Shown in pieces: positions 11,311 through 24,570 of a stretch of 64,000 nt of DNA (position 1 is its first letter; each line of letters starts with the position of its first letter). The translations under genes and the position numbers were made by a program. Location: positions 47,804,001-47,868,000 of the forward strand of contig NC_058368.1 in NCBI RefSeq assembly GCF_018350175.1, in the 5' to 3' direction. The DNA is from Felis catus (lineage: Eukaryota). The notes beneath the pieces are model-generated. The model ran no database searches and was not told where the DNA came from. It saw nothing but the letters and a program-made list of their open reading frames with translations.

Positions 11311-12864
11311 CAGTGGGGAAGGGGTAGAATCTTGTCTTCAGAAGGTCAACTATTAAAAAAAAAAGAGACCTCCCCTCCCATTCTTGGAAAGCCTTTCCTC
11401 CTTTGCCGGTGAGCAACAGTTGGAACAATTGGAGACTGCTTGGTTGTCACCTGGGCAGGGGACTGGGAAAACAAGAAGGCATAGATCCTGAAGAAGCTTG
11501 GAAGAAACTGACAATCGCCCAGACCCAGTGGGGGCCTTGAAAGGAGAGACGTCCTGTCCTGCCGTCCTGTCCTGTCTACCTGGAAGAGCTGAGACATTGT
11601 AACTGAAGGGAGGTGGCCATGAGAGAGAAACCAGAATGAAATCAAGTGTAATGACGTGGAGGACTTGTTTTCTCCATGAGAATTCAAGGGGCTGGCCCTC
11701 TTGATAAAAATCAAGATAGCCACACACTGTGATGAACAGGGCGGGGGGTCTGTGCCTCTGGGGAACAGAGGAGTGCTGGACCGATACGGGGAGAGGGAAA
11801 GAGATTTACTGGATGTTGTGAGTGGGAAGTCAAGGGAGAGGGAGAGAGGTGTCTAAAGAGGACTTTTAGGATCATTTACTGTGTATGGTTTGTAAAAACA
11901 CTTTTCCTGATCTATGAGAGTTGCATAGGCATTACCTGCTTCACCCAATAGTGTGGACTCTGGCAAGGGTCTGGGGACCTCCATGTATGCCAAGCACATA
12001 GCTGTATGGGTGTTTTTGACAGAATAAATATTGTAGATGTGATTAATAAAGTACAAGCGATCAAACGCATTACTGAAGTCACAGTGGCTTCTTGTTATAT
12101 ATATACCCCCATCAATAGATAGTAGAAGAGAGATTCTTGTGTGGGAGTGTAAGGAAGAGTCTTGAAAGGTTTCAGAAGGACACAGGTGACAAACCCAGTC
12201 TAGGGACATCCTCAATTCTTTATTAATCCCCCTGTGTCTTCACTGCTTTATTCCTTAGCATATAGTGTCGAACTTTCCTATAGAAATGGCATGTGGTTTT
12301 TGCCCTTAATAAGAACCTGGGGGCTATTTCTGACATAGAAATTGATGTCTTCCATGAGTTTTCTCTTGGAGGATGAGATAAGAAAGAGGCAGATACATGC
12401 TTAAAGCATGTCTTGGATGTTTTCTTTGACTATGACAGTGTTAAAAATGCAGACGGGCAAAAGAAAACAGACTTATCTCTGAATGGACTGTTTATTTCTG
12501 TGGTGATTAACTCACAGTGTTGTGTTCTTGCACAAAATCCTTGCGTTCCCCCTCATCGCGGTCCTGTCCCGTCTGCTCTGGTTCAGCCACACTAGCTGCG
12601 GTACGCACGTACTACCGTGGCCATACTTCCTGCTCGCTGTTAGCATTGAAGGATTGTAGTGTTGTGTACAATGTGCATGTGTATTTCTGTTCCAGCCTCT
12701 TTCATTTAACATAGTGAGCGTTAATGTTCCCACATGATTCAGATATTCATTGAAAATTACTGTTTTCCTAGATTCCCATATGTATATTCTATAACCCACT
12801 TAACTCTTTTGTGGGCAATTCCTAGGTTTTTACCATTAGAAATAATGCCGTGGTTTCCAGTATT

Positions 12865-13366
12865 GTGGGAGCATGTTACTTGCCCCTTCCCCCAGTTGTT
12901 CTTCTGAGAGTGGCAGCCTGATGTTCTCTGGGCCCCACATTCTCGTGCTGTCAGCCGTGTACTCCAGAGCGGCTCTGGACCTGACCATATGGCCTCTGTC
13001 TAATCACAGGATTCCCCTGCCCACAGCAATTGGCTCAGCCATTGGCTGGCGATCCAAACTGAGCAACTAGAAGCAGTGAGTGTTTGGCTGAGACTTCTGA
13101 GAGACTCACACTTTTTCCTCAAAGGGTTTACAAAGGAGAGGCCAAGAAAGAGATACTGGTGAGACTGTCTTGCCACCCTGGGCAGCCTCACAATGACACC
13201 CATGAGGAAAGCAGGGTGGAGCCAGAAGACAAAAACAACAGGAAACAAAACAAACAACAAACAAAACCTGAGTTTTGACAAGGATTTAAACTCTGACTTC
13301 AGCCTGTTCTGCACCTGAACTTTTCATTTGTTGAACCAGTAAATCCTGCAGCTACACCCCCTCCCC

Positions 13367-13409
<43 letters not shown>

Positions 13410-13465
13410 CACACCCCTTATTTTTAAATCTGATTGCATTGAGAGCTTGGGCTCTGTTGTAACTT
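12865..13465 (+). mobile_element. MaLR solo LTR (MLT1 I/J-like), with (CA)n at 13369-13406
   Basis: Resembles the MLT1 consensus (gccattggct..., tcttgccacc..., aacttttca..gaaccagtaaatcc). Confidence 0.55.
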
Positions 13466-13549
13466 TTTTGTTCACATGTCATTGACTTCACAGCATATTG
13501 TGTCCTTTAGATAATAAGAGCTAACAGGTACCCAGGGTTCACCTCGTGT

Positions 13550-13770
13550 CAGGCAACATGTTAAAGACTTTACATTCATTATCATAGTTAGGCCCAATAA
13601 GTCATTGGAAGTAGCAACTCTTATAATCTTCATTTTACACATTGGACGTTGAGGCTTAAGGAAAAGACCAGAACAAAACGTCAGTGTAGAGTCACAGGTC
13701 AGCAAGCGGCAGGACCCAGATTCTATCCTAAGCCTGCTTCCAGAGCCAGAGCTACATCACAATCTGCCTT
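13550..13770 (-). mobile_element. MIR
   Basis: MIR core-like cattttacacattggacgttgaggcttaagg and caggacccagattcta..cagagcc. Confidence 0.6.
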
Positions 13771-13956
13771 TCTGTTTCTCTTCATTTCCTTTATTTATTC
13801 CCTAAGAACAGAATGAATTTTGTGTGAAATCAGAGAGACTGGAGCAAGTCAAGTCCCTTTAAAAGGCAGTGTGGTTAAGGGTTTTTGTCTTGGAGCAAGA
13901 TACAAGAAACTAAAGGACTAGATTTTAGAAGGAGCATTAAGAAGGAGAAGGGTCTG

Positions 13957-14112
13957 GGGGGGGATGGGTTAAATGGGTGGCAGGCATTAAGGAGGACACT
14001 TTTAGGGGTGAGCACTTGGGTGTCATATGTAAAAGATGAATCACTGGGTTCTATTCCTGAAGCCAAGACTACACTGTATGTTAACTAACTTAAATTTAAA
14101 TTAAAAAAAAAA
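13957..14112 (+). mobile_element. 5'-truncated carnivore L1 3' end
   Basis: L1 3' UTR and poly(A); TSD aaggagaagggtctg at 13942-13956 and 14113-14127. Confidence 0.92.
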
Positions 14113-14168
14113 AAGGAGAAGGGTCTGAGAAAAGCCTCATAGGTGGGACTGGCAGTGATTGTGTGCAC

Positions 14169-14207
<39 letters not shown>

Positions 14208-14337
14208 CGATGGAACCATGTTAGGATTCTTTCCTATCACAGAGTCTCGGATTCAAAGAAGTCTAGTCTATGCAGAGTGAGAACTCGTGAGGAAACATGA
14301 GTGAGGAGATTAGATCAGATTTTGAATCTGATCCTAC

Positions 14338-14549
14338 TTTATTTATTTTTAAAAAATGTTTATTTAGTTTTGAAAGAGAGAGAGCAAGCATGCAAGCGAG
14401 GGAGGGGCAGAGAGAGGGAGACAGAGGATCTGAAGCAGGCTCTGCACTGACAGCATTTAGCCTGAGGCGGGGCTCGAACTCACGAACAGTGAGATCATGA
14501 CCTGGGCCAAAGTTGGACGCTTAACCGACTGAGCCACCCAGGCGGCCCC
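14338..14549 (-). mobile_element. Can-SINE
   Basis: SINE body, reverse orientation. Confidence 0.92.
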
Positions 14550-14619
14550 AAATCCTAGTTTAAGAAGTCTAATTGTGGTATTATGTACAACAGAGAGCCC
14601 TCAGTTCCTCCAGAAGGCG

Positions 14620-15115
14620 TGGTGGACTATGTCCTTGGTGGCCTGCAATGAACCGTACATCCTAGTCAGTATTCATGCCCTGTGTACTTCCCTCCACATT
14701 GATTTAAGCTTGACCATTTAACGAGCCTTGGCCACTATGACATCAGCAGACATAATGCAAGAGGAAGCTAAAGAAGCTTTTGCACATTTGGGTTTATTCT
14801 CTTAGAAGGCTCTTTCTTAGAATCCAGCTGCCACCTGTGAAAAAGCTCAAGCAGCCACAGAGAAAAGTCCATGGAGGAGAAGTGAGGTCACCTGGCTGAT
14901 GGCTCTAGCTGTCCTCACCTTTTGGCATCCACTACCCCTTGATAACCATTTGAAATGAGGCCATTTCAGTGTCCCCATCATCCTGGTGTCCTAGTCACCA
15001 CAACATAAGGCAGAAGAATCACCCAGCAGCCAGCCCTTAGAATGGTGAAAAAGAAGAAGTTGTTGTTTTGAGCCACTAAGTTTGAGGCAATTTGTGATGC
15101 AATAATAGATCATCG
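14620..15115 (+). mobile_element. MaLR solo LTR (MLT1F/G-like)
   Basis: tgtggtggac start; cagctgccacctgtg; typical end ttgttgttttgagccactaagtttgaggcaatttgtgatgcaataatagat. Confidence 0.8.
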
Positions 15116-16439
15116 AAAGGGTTGGAAATGGTCTTCCTGCTTCCCGCCCTCCCATTCTACCTTCTGGCAAATATAATGGGCTCTTTGGGCAATGCAAAGA
15201 CACACAGAAGAAAGCCTCATGATCCCCGTCCTGATTCTTGCACCTCTGCCCCTACCCTGCATGTTTTTGAGCTTCAGACATTTATTTATAGCTGCCTATC
15301 AATATTTCCCAAGCAGAATTCATTTTCTTGGACTTAAAACTCCCCTCCTTCTCCTTTCTCCGTTTTGGTTATTGGTATTGTCCTGTACGCGGCTGGACAG
15401 GTTAGAAATCTCAGATTCATTTGGTTCTCCCTTCTCTCTCCTTCCCATGTTGAACAGCTCCTACTGCTCACTCATGGTAGCACGGCTGCCAGCCTGTCCT
15501 GGCTGCGCTGGAGAGGGCTGCTGGATGCCAGGAGATCTAATACAGCTGTAGTAGAAGGCCTAGCCCGGGGAGTGTTACAACTACAACACTGATCTGTTCT
15601 TAAAAAAAAAAAAAAAAAAAAATGGAGTGGCTAGGACTCTAGCCAAGATGGAAAAATCCTTCTTCTGGCAGTTGTACCTCCAGAGAGAATGAGTATCGGT
15701 TTCTGTCCCCTCTCCCCACCTCCAGTGTTAGTGGGATGAAGGATCAGTGGCAGTCGGGGCAGGTTAGGTACAAAGGAGACTGCACTCCCTTATAATTTTA
15801 GAAGACTTATCCTGGCATCCTCCTTTGTGCAAAACTTGGACCACTTGCACACATTCGACAAAAAGTGTTTTTAAAAAATCCAAAACATATTTAATTAATA
15901 TGGAGTTGAATCAACTGCGCTACATTTAGAGTGTGTTATGTTATAACGAGAATGAAGTACCCTGGCACATTTTTAGCCAAGCAATCTGGTTACATTGCCA
16001 TCTTCTTGGTATACAATAATATCCCAGATATTAGAAGCCACATATAATTCTTGGTTTCCTTTTTCCATATTCCAAAGACAACTCATTCTTCCTATTCAGC
16101 ACTAAATGAGGAGTGAAGAGACTTGGTCTCAGAGCTGCTGCTGGTCTGTATGGTGCCGTAGTGCATGTTAGAAGAAAGGGTCTTCTGTGAGTGGCGGCGG
16201 CTATGGACAGATGGTGTCCCTTCTTCTGGATGGGGCTACTCCTGGCCCAAAGCATAGAGCTTGGCCAAGAGGGTACAGGCTGGATTCTAGTCTCCACTTG
16301 GCTCCGTGGCCATAGGACTTTGCACAATGCACAGAGGATACACCTGTTCTTATACCTCTCCTAGGACTCTGGTGTAGCACTACCATCAGCAAATTGTGTG
16401 ACCTCATGTTTCTGGATCTGGGTTTCCTCAGTGTGGATA

Positions 16440-16870
16440 GAGCACTGCATCTGGGGCGTGGATACCTGGGTTGGAGTCTTAACTCCTCTTTTTAGTCACA
16501 ACATGACCTTGACCCAGTCTTTGATCTCAGTGGGCCCTAATTTTCTGGTTTGGAAAGTGGAAGTGGAATTAGAGAGTTTCCAAGAATCTCCTTCTGAATT
16601 AAAAAAAACTCAGATACTAACATGTTTCAGAAAGGCAGGCAAGTATTCAAGATCTTGAAGTTTCATGACAGGACTTGATTTTAATAGTCTGCTGCCATCT
16701 TCTTCCCCTTATGGCAACTCAGTCAATTAGTCGATTTCTCTGCATTTTAGTTTTGCTCTATTTGTCAAATGGAGATAATAAGAGATGCCTTGGAGGGATT
16801 CAAGGAGGATAAACCAATTAATGGTCATAAAGTCCTAGTGGCCGTGTGCCTGCTAAGTGGTCATGATTCT
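16440..16870 (+). mobile_element. MIR fragments (two)
   Basis: MIR core-like atgaccttgacccagtc..ggaaagtggaa and ttagttttgctctatttgtcaaatggagataata. Confidence 0.55.
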
Positions 16871-17904
16871 AAACAGATCTTTATAGTTCCTTGGCTGCTC
16901 ACAGCCTGAGCGTCAGACAGCACCATTTATAACACGATGTTCTTTTTTTATCAAAACAGACCCACTGAGACATTGAGAGGAAGCATGTCGAAGCAAAGGC
17001 CAGCATACTGACTATGATGGGGGTGGAGGATGGTAGGAGGTGTGAGTTGAGGGAGGAAGAAATCTGTGAATGGAAGGAATTGCTGTTGCAGTTGAGATTT
17101 TTTTGGGGACCTGGGTATTCCTGGGAGGTTTCTCTCACGGGTAGGATTAGGTGACAGCAGAAAGGATGGCACCATCATTGGCAGAGGCATATTCTGGCTC
17201 TGTATCTGTCATTGGTGCTCTTGACTTTGGATTCCACATTCTCCTTATTTATCTTGGTTACGTGGGATGGGGACGACAAGGACGCAGCTGTAAGGAAGGT
17301 AGAATCCACTTCCTTAAGAGTTCATCTTGCTATGGCACTGAAGATCCTAGCCAGCCAATATGGTATTTCACTTTTTGATCTAAGTTATGTTCTGGACAGG
17401 TTGACACTTCAGAAACTAGAAAGCATATTTCAGAATAGAACATAAACATGAGCCATTGTCTATGTCTCCATTTTAATTCTTCCTGAAATCTTTTTCAGTT
17501 GAAATTAATTTTTTCTTCCTAACATTTCCATATTGCTTTTTGGACTGGACTGCCATATATTATAGGTATTTATGTAACTCCTTGAGAATAAAGAACGTAT
17601 TATTTACCTGTGAGTTTTTATAGTGTCAAGAGTGCCACTTTCAACTTAGAACATCTGTAATCGCTACTTATTAAGCTCAGTGTGGTATGTTATATGAAAA
17701 AGGAACATGGAAGAATTAAATGACAAAATTTTAGAATTTCAAGATTTAAAAATTTTCTGGATTTATCAATCAGGTAAATCCCATCATTTTTGCACCCCCC
17801 CCCCCTTTAATATTCTCTGTGAGACTAGAATTTTCCTTTTGATGAAATAACACAGGATTGGCTTATTTGGTAATCTAATCATGTCACATTGAAAAGCAGG
17901 GGGA

Positions 17905-18131
17905 GGGCGCCTGGGTGGCGCAGTCGGTTAAGCGTCCGACTTCAGCCAGGTCACGATCTCGCGGTCCGGGAGTTCGAGCCCCGCGTCGGGCTCTGGGCTG
18001 ATGGCTCAGGGCCTGGAGCCTGCTTCAGATTCTGTGTCTCCCTCTGTCTCTGCCCCTCCCCCGTTCATGCTCTGTCTCTCTCTGTCCCAAAAATAAATAA
18101 ACGTTGAAAAAAAAAATTAAAAAAAAAAAAA
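17905..18131 (+). mobile_element. Young felid SINEC_Fc-type Can-SINE
   Basis: CpG-intact gggcgcctgggtggcgcagtcggttaagcgtccgacttcagccagg; TSD aaaagcagggggag. Confidence 0.96.
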
Positions 18132-18688
18132 AAGCAGGGGGAGTGATCAAAATATGAGATGAAATTAATTTTGTTGGGGGCAAACAATGGGGCGGTATAT
18201 CTAGAATGGAAGAGGATAGATAACATGGCAAAGTAGCAAAGGAAAAGAGGAAAAGCAAAGATCTCTCTAAGTTGGCCTTTGAGCAGATTTTATTTTATTT
18301 ACATAACCTCTCACTCATATGGGTCCTCTCTGTGAGTCCCTTGATATAGAACAACGGAAGCCCGTGGTTGCCCTATGTCACCAAGAACATTACATGAAGT
18401 AAACACTGATTCTGTCTTATGATTTGGTTGAACTTTGGATAATGATGTATGTTGTCAGCAGATTGTCTGCTATAATTCTTACCACATAATTTGCTAAGGA
18501 ATAATTACCTTTGTACTCAATGAATCTAGAAAGCAGAGGTATAAGGTTATATTTCCATGCTCTTCGTGCGCAAAAGAAAAGTTTACTGACCCCTAAGTCA
18601 TATGTTTTCACCTTAAGTGGGAAAATATATGGAATCAAAGAATGAAAATGTTTTAGATATGCCTTTGCATCAAGAAGTTATCTGGTTC

Positions 18689-18860
18689 TGGGTACCTGGG
18701 TGGCTCAGTCAGTTAAGCACCTGACTCTTGATTTTGGCTCAGGTCATGATGTCACAGTACATGAGATTGAGCCCCAGGTCGGGCTCTGCACTTGTTAGCA
18801 AAGCTTGAGATTCTCTCTCTCTCTCTCTCTCTCTCTACTCCTCCCTTGCTTAAGCATTTT
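18689..18860 (+). mobile_element. Can-SINE
   Basis: gggtacctgggtggctcagtcagttaagcac head; (CT)n. Confidence 0.88.
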
Positions 18861-19299
18861 GTCCCTCCCCTCTCTCATTTTACAAACGAGGGTACTGAGA
18901 CTCAGAGAGCTTAAATGATATGTCCAAGGTAGGAAGCTTAGGATCAGAACACAGGTTTCTGACTCTGAGCTGTGGATATTATTGCTATTTTTACCCCCTG
19001 TGTTGATATTGTCTGGCTTGAATTCATAGAAGTGATTATTTTTGTTCGATCTTTTATTTTGCTTCATTCAGTGTATCATATACAGTTCAACGTATTGCCT
19101 TCTGTGTGTGGCTGGTTACAGGATTTTCCCTTCTCTGGCGCTGGAGTCCTCATAGTAAAGATCTTAGGCTCCTCCTACCCCAGAGCCTATGTGACCATTC
19201 CTAGAGGCTTAACTTAATATATTTAGAAGCCAGCAAAGGATTTCTTAGAATGATTGAATCCATACTATGTAATGCAAACCATTTATTGTTACTATTATA

Positions 19300-19680
19300 T
19301 CATTAAGGAATGCTTTATGCTGCAAGTATGCTGACTAAGTGGCTAGAGATGCTTAATTATCTCACACACGAGTGGGTGAGCAGAGGTTCAACAATGTCTT
19401 CAGAGTCTAAGAATCTAACTTTCTTCTCCACTATCCTCAATGTATTGGCATGCTTTCTTGTCATCTCAACATTGCTGAATTGTTTCTAGGCATCACATTT
19501 TTATGGCAGCAACAAGCGGAATGCGTCAGTACTGGTGATCTTTTTTCCTTTTTTTTAAAGAAAATAAATGTTTCTTAGAAGCCTGTCCACCCCTGACCTG
19601 TAGACATCCTGCTTCTCATTGGGCAGAACTGTGTCATATGTTCACTCTTGTTTGAAAAGGGGCTGGGAAAGAGTTACACA
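19300..19680 (-). mobile_element. Old MaLR LTR (MLT1K/L-like)
   Basis: tctcattgggcagaactgtgtcatatg...aaggggctgggaaa motif typical of reverse MLT1. Confidence 0.55.
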
Positions 19681-19879
19681 GGGTTTTTGTTTTTGTTTTC
19701 TGTTTTTTGTTTTTGTTTTGTTGTTGTTGTTGTTTACGTCTTTAGTGGGTAAGAGAGGTATTCTAGATATAACTGTTAGTTAGCCAATCTTCAATATAAA
19801 ATAGCCCAGGAATAAATATATATAACTATAAGTAATATTCTATATCAACTTCTTTTTCATAGTACATGTTATAAAAAGT

Positions 19880-19980
19880 TTATTTTCTTTTAGTAATCTC
19901 CATACCAAATGTGGGGTTCAAACTCACGTCCCTGAGATCAAGAGTCGCAAGCTTTTCCAACTGAGCCAGCCAGAAGCCCC
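19880..19980 (-). mobile_element. Short Can-SINE (tRNA-part-only type)
   Basis: gtaatctccataccaaatgtggggttcaaactcac..gagatcaagagtcg..actgagccagccag. Confidence 0.85.
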
Positions 19981-20199
19981 TCTGAATCAACTTTTAATTC
20001 TGCTTCATTGTTTGGTCCATCTGCCCTCATGGGGAAGTCAGAAGCTAGGCTTCTTTGTTGGGTTAGATTCGAGAGAACTTAGTCAGGATGCCATGTATGC
20101 TCAAACTGAGGGACATGGAAAATTGAAGTGTCAGCAGGCAGGTTGGGATCAAGATGTGATTAAAAATAGGTCATTTATTTTTGTAATGTTTATTATTTT

Positions 20200-21175
20200 T
20201 TTAATGTTTATTTATTTATTATTCTTTATTTTGAGGGAAAGAGAGTGAGGAAATACCAAGCAAGCTCTGTGCTGTCAGTGCAGAGCCTGATGTGGGGCTC
20301 GATCTTACAAACTGTGAGATCATGACCTGAGCCAAAATCAAGAGTCAAACACTTAACTGACTGAGCCACTGGGCACCCCCAAAACAGATCATTTAAAGAA
20401 GAGAAAGTAGGGGCGTCTGGGTGGCTAAGTTGGTTAACCATGTGACTTCAACTCAGGTCATGATCTCACGGTTCATGGGTTCGAGCCCCATGTGGGGCTC
20501 TGTGCTGACAGCTCAGAGCCTGGAGTCTGTCTTGGATTCTATGCCTCCCTCTCTCTCTGCCCCTCCCCTGTTCGCACTCTGTCTCTGTCTTTCTCTCAAA
20601 AATAAATAAAACACTAAAAAATTAAAAAAAAAAAATAAAGGAGAGACTGCCAGGAGAGACTGCCTGGGTGGCGCAGTCGGTTAAGCGTCCGACTTCAGCC
20701 AGGTCACGATCTCGCGGTCCGGGAGTTCGAGCCCCGCGTCGGGCTCTGGGCTGATGGCTCAGAGCCTGGAGCCTGTTTCCGATTCTGTGTCTCCCTCTCT
20801 CTCTCTGCCCCTCGCCCGTTCATGCTCTGTCTCTCTCTGTCCCAAAAATAAATAAACGTTGAAAAAAAAAATTAAAAAAAAAATAAAGGAGAGAAAGATC
20901 AAAGTGGTTAAAGTTATGGGCTCTTGAGCAGATTGTTCTGGGTTTAAGTTCTAGCTCTGTCACTTTCTTTTTTTTTTTTTTTAAAATTTTTTAACGTTTA
21001 TTTATTTTTGAGACAGAGAGAGACAGAGCATGAACAGGGGAGGGTCAGAGAGAGGGAGACATAGAATCTGAAACAGTCTCCAGGCTCTGAGCTGTCAGCA
21101 CAGTGCCTGACGAGGGGCTTGAACTCACGACCGCGAGATCATAACCTGAGCTGAAGTCGGCCGCCCAACCGACTG
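20200..21175. mobile_element. Cluster of four Can-SINEs: 20200-20380(-), 20410-20636(+), 20653-20884(+, young), 20967-21175(-, 5'-truncated, inside a MIR)
   Basis: Four SINE bodies; the last has TSD tagctctgtcactttct at 20952-20968 and 21176-21192. Confidence 0.93.
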
Positions 21176-23046
21176 TAGCTCTGTCACTTTCTAACTATGT
21201 GACTTCGCCAAGTTACATCCCACCTCCAAGCCTCAGTTTCCTCCTGAGTTTAATGAAGAGAACACTAATACCTTTTTCATTAGGTTGTAGTGAGGAGTTA
21301 TATCTATAAGTCCCTGAGCACGGTGTGGCTCATAGCAAGCATTCAGTGTCATTACCATCATCATTATCACGGTCATCATTCAAACAACAGGATTGTGAAG
21401 AACAGGCATTAGGAATGGGTATATAGAATGAAGAACTCTCAGAGCCTAAGGTATGAGAGGAAGTTAAATGGAAAACCAAAAGAACTAAGTCAGGCAATAC
21501 ATATTCCCTGCAGTGAGGGTGGGCTGCCTCCATTAAAAGGATTCCCTGCTGCAAGATAATATGAATGACTCATACATGGGGGTATAACTCTTATCTCGTG
21601 GCTTAGACATATCTCCTGGAAGGTGGCGCACCACGTAGCATTCCAGAGTACAGAAATGGGATGGTGGAGGGAAGAAATGCTGGCAAGAGAGCTCCAAGGA
21701 GCAGGAGTGGGGTGGGAATCTTCTGGTTAGGGGACTTCTGCCAAGAGTGCCACAGGCTTATAAGAACCATTTACTATAGAAGCCATAAAGCATTAGTTTC
21801 TCCCTTTGATCTTCTGACCCTGCTTTGACTGATTGATTGATTGATCGTGTGGGAGTGCATGTGTGTTTGTGTGTGTGTGTGTTTGATGAGTCACTGGGGA
21901 TGCCCGTTTGCAGTGCCTACTTACATAGCAGCAGCACTAGTAGGCTGGGCATTTGGGCTCATTGGAAAGTAGCTGGCTTCACAGACGTGTGTGATGTGTC
22001 TAAGTCCATCATCACTGGCTGGCACCTAGGGTGAGGTGGAGATACAAGACAAAGTTTAGGTGGTTCCCACCGTCCTCCGAGGCTGGACAATGTCTAACTA
22101 CAGTACAGATAGGCTGTTTATCTGTCTCAACAACTGCGACGAGTCAGTTACATGGCTTTCCTCCCCTTCCAGAAAAGACCTGATGTATATGATAACTTTC
22201 AACAGATACGGTAAACACTATTATCTGTGTTAACTAACTTCATCCACAAAACAACCCTGTGAGACAGTTATAATGATTTACCATGAGTTTTATAAATTAA
22301 AAAAACAAAACAAAACTGAGGTCAAGTAACTTATAAAGATCATAAAGGCAGCTAAAAACTTTGGGAAAAAACTTGTTTGGAAAGCAGATGTGGTTGGTTC
22401 TAAACCTGTGCTTTATGCTAAGACCCGTTGACTTCAGTAAGGCTAGGAAAACTGGTCTGTGGTTGTTCTTAAATATTGTTTTATTCTAACTTTTGCACAA
22501 ACAAGTGGAGTTTAATGAAGCGTTGATCCAAACCCTGGGCACTAGGACAGAAATAGTAAAGAGAGAAGAGGCCACGTTCTGGGCTTTTCCTGACATGTTT
22601 TGGCCAATGATGTGTGCAAGGCTCCTCTTTGCCCTGAAAGTACACACACAGTGAAATGCCTGGGAGCTGGGGTTTTGCCCTACAGTTTCTGGGGTGGCAG
22701 ATTTTAGGAGTGTAGCCTTGATGGAGAGAGTTGAAGTAAGGGAAGTTGTTGAGGAAAAGATTATAAAGATTGAGCTGGGTCTTATGAGGGATGAAAGGAA
22801 GATGATCAGGCAGGAAATTCCTAGCATGAGCAAAGATATGGAAGTAGAAAAAAAAAATATGGGGCTTAAACATAAGCAATTCATTTGGACTGGGATGTAG
22901 GGTATATGAGGAGGAACATTTGGAAGTGGGAGATAGATCAATGAAGACTTTAAATGCCAGTCCAAGGAGTATAAATTCTACTCAGTAGGCAATGGGGGAC
23001 CTATTAAATAAGATCTAAGTAAAAATTTGGGCTCCGGAGAAAGGAC

Positions 23047-23047
<1 letters not shown>

Positions 23048-23090
<43 letters not shown>

Positions 23091-23286
23091 AGAGAGACAG
23101 AGAGAGAGAGAGAGAGACAGAGAGAGAGCATGAGCAGGGGAGGGGCAGAGAGGGAGGGGGCAGAGGATCTGAAGCAGGCTCTGCGCTGACAGCAGCAAGC
23201 CCGATGTGGGGCTTGGATTCACCAACCGTGAGATCATGACCTGAGCCGAAGTCTGATGCTCAACCCACTAAGCCACCCAGGCGCCC
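23048..23286 (-). mobile_element. Can-SINE with ~40-nt poly(T)
   Basis: SINE body, reverse orientation. Confidence 0.93.
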
Positions 23287-23599
23287 TGAAAGGGCAGCTT
23301 TTATTTCACTTCGACCTCTGTATAAACTCAACCTGGGCTATCACAGTCACTGCCAGACTTGTGACTGCAGATTGCAGGCTGTGGCAGCCAATGCCAGCCC
23401 TCACTATGGAGAAGTTCCTGACCACCGCCACATGTCTGGGGGGGGAAGACCGAGGCAAAGAATCATTAGGTAGATGGTAAATGAGTGGAACTGGGGTTTG
23501 TGTTTTCGGGTTCTTGGATCAGTTTGTTCATTTAACAAATATTTTTGAGCATCTTTTTAGGTATAGCAGATATAGTCATTGTTTAGGAAAAATGGTCAT

Positions 23600-24570
23600 G
23601 CCCAAACAGAGTCTACTGCATAGCTTGCTGGCTCAATCTTCAAATTCTTGGATCTGACCCTTTTATTGTTCCTGTGGAGTGCTTCGATCTGAGATGCCAT
23701 TATGTCTTGTCCAACTCCCTTTGTAGCCTCTTAACAGAGCCTCATGGCTTTTATTCTCAAGATTGTAGACACACACAACAGCCAGGGTGACAGCAGAAGT
23801 CAGATCCTAAAACCCTTCAGCGGCTCCCATTACACTTAGATTAAAATCCAAATATCTCTCCCACTTCACACATCCTTGTATAAACACCCCCTGCCAAGAC
23901 TTGTGATCTTACCTTTCACCTCTCTCTTGATCACTATGCTCACTGGCCTCTTGCTATTTCTTTTTTTTTTTTTTTCAATGTTTATTTATTTTTGGGACAG
24001 AGAGAGACAGAGCATGAACAGGGGAGGGGCAGAGAGAGAGGGAGACACAGAATCGGAAACAGGCTCCAGGCTCCGAGCCATCAGCCCAGAGCCCGACGCG
24101 GGGCTCGAACTCATGGACCGCGAGATCGTGACCTGGCTGAAGTCGGACGCTTAACCGACTGTGCCACCCAGGCGCCCCATGGCCTCTTGCTATTTCTTAA
24201 ACAGTCATAGTGTATTCCTGCCTCAGGACCTTTACTCTTGCTGGCCACTCTGCTAGGAATGTTCTTCTCCCGGATTCTAGCGTGGCTGCATACCTCCCCC
24301 CAACTCCCCTGACCCCATGCGATTCAGATCTCTATTTAAATATCGACTCCTCAGAGAGCCCTTCTCTGTTAGCTATCTTGTTATCTTTATGGCACCTAGC
24401 ACTACCTGAAAATCATACTTTTGTTTGTCTATCTGTTTACCGTGTTTATTGCTCGCTAGAATGTATGCTCTGTAAAGAGAGTATTTTGTTTACTTGTTCA
24501 TTGTGGTATCCTCAGCACCTAGAACAGGGCCTGGCCCACGAACAGGCAGTAAAAGTACTGAATGCATGAT
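23600..24570 (+). mobile_element. L2 fragment interrupted by a SINE
   Basis: L2 3' motifs (cccattacacttagattaaaatccaaa; cctcaggaccttt; gcacctagaacagggcctggccc). Confidence 0.75.
23961..24178 (-). mobile_element. Young SINEC_Fc-type Can-SINE
   Basis: CpG-rich; 19-bp TSD tggcctcttgctatttctt at 23944-23962 and 24180-24198. Confidence 0.96.

Noticed and set aside
23876..24210. Recurring MGQRETEHERGRGRERGRHRI and MAQSVKRPTSAQV peptides (also near 30118, 46315, 53540) as a gene family
   Set aside because: They are translations of Can-SINE sequence.
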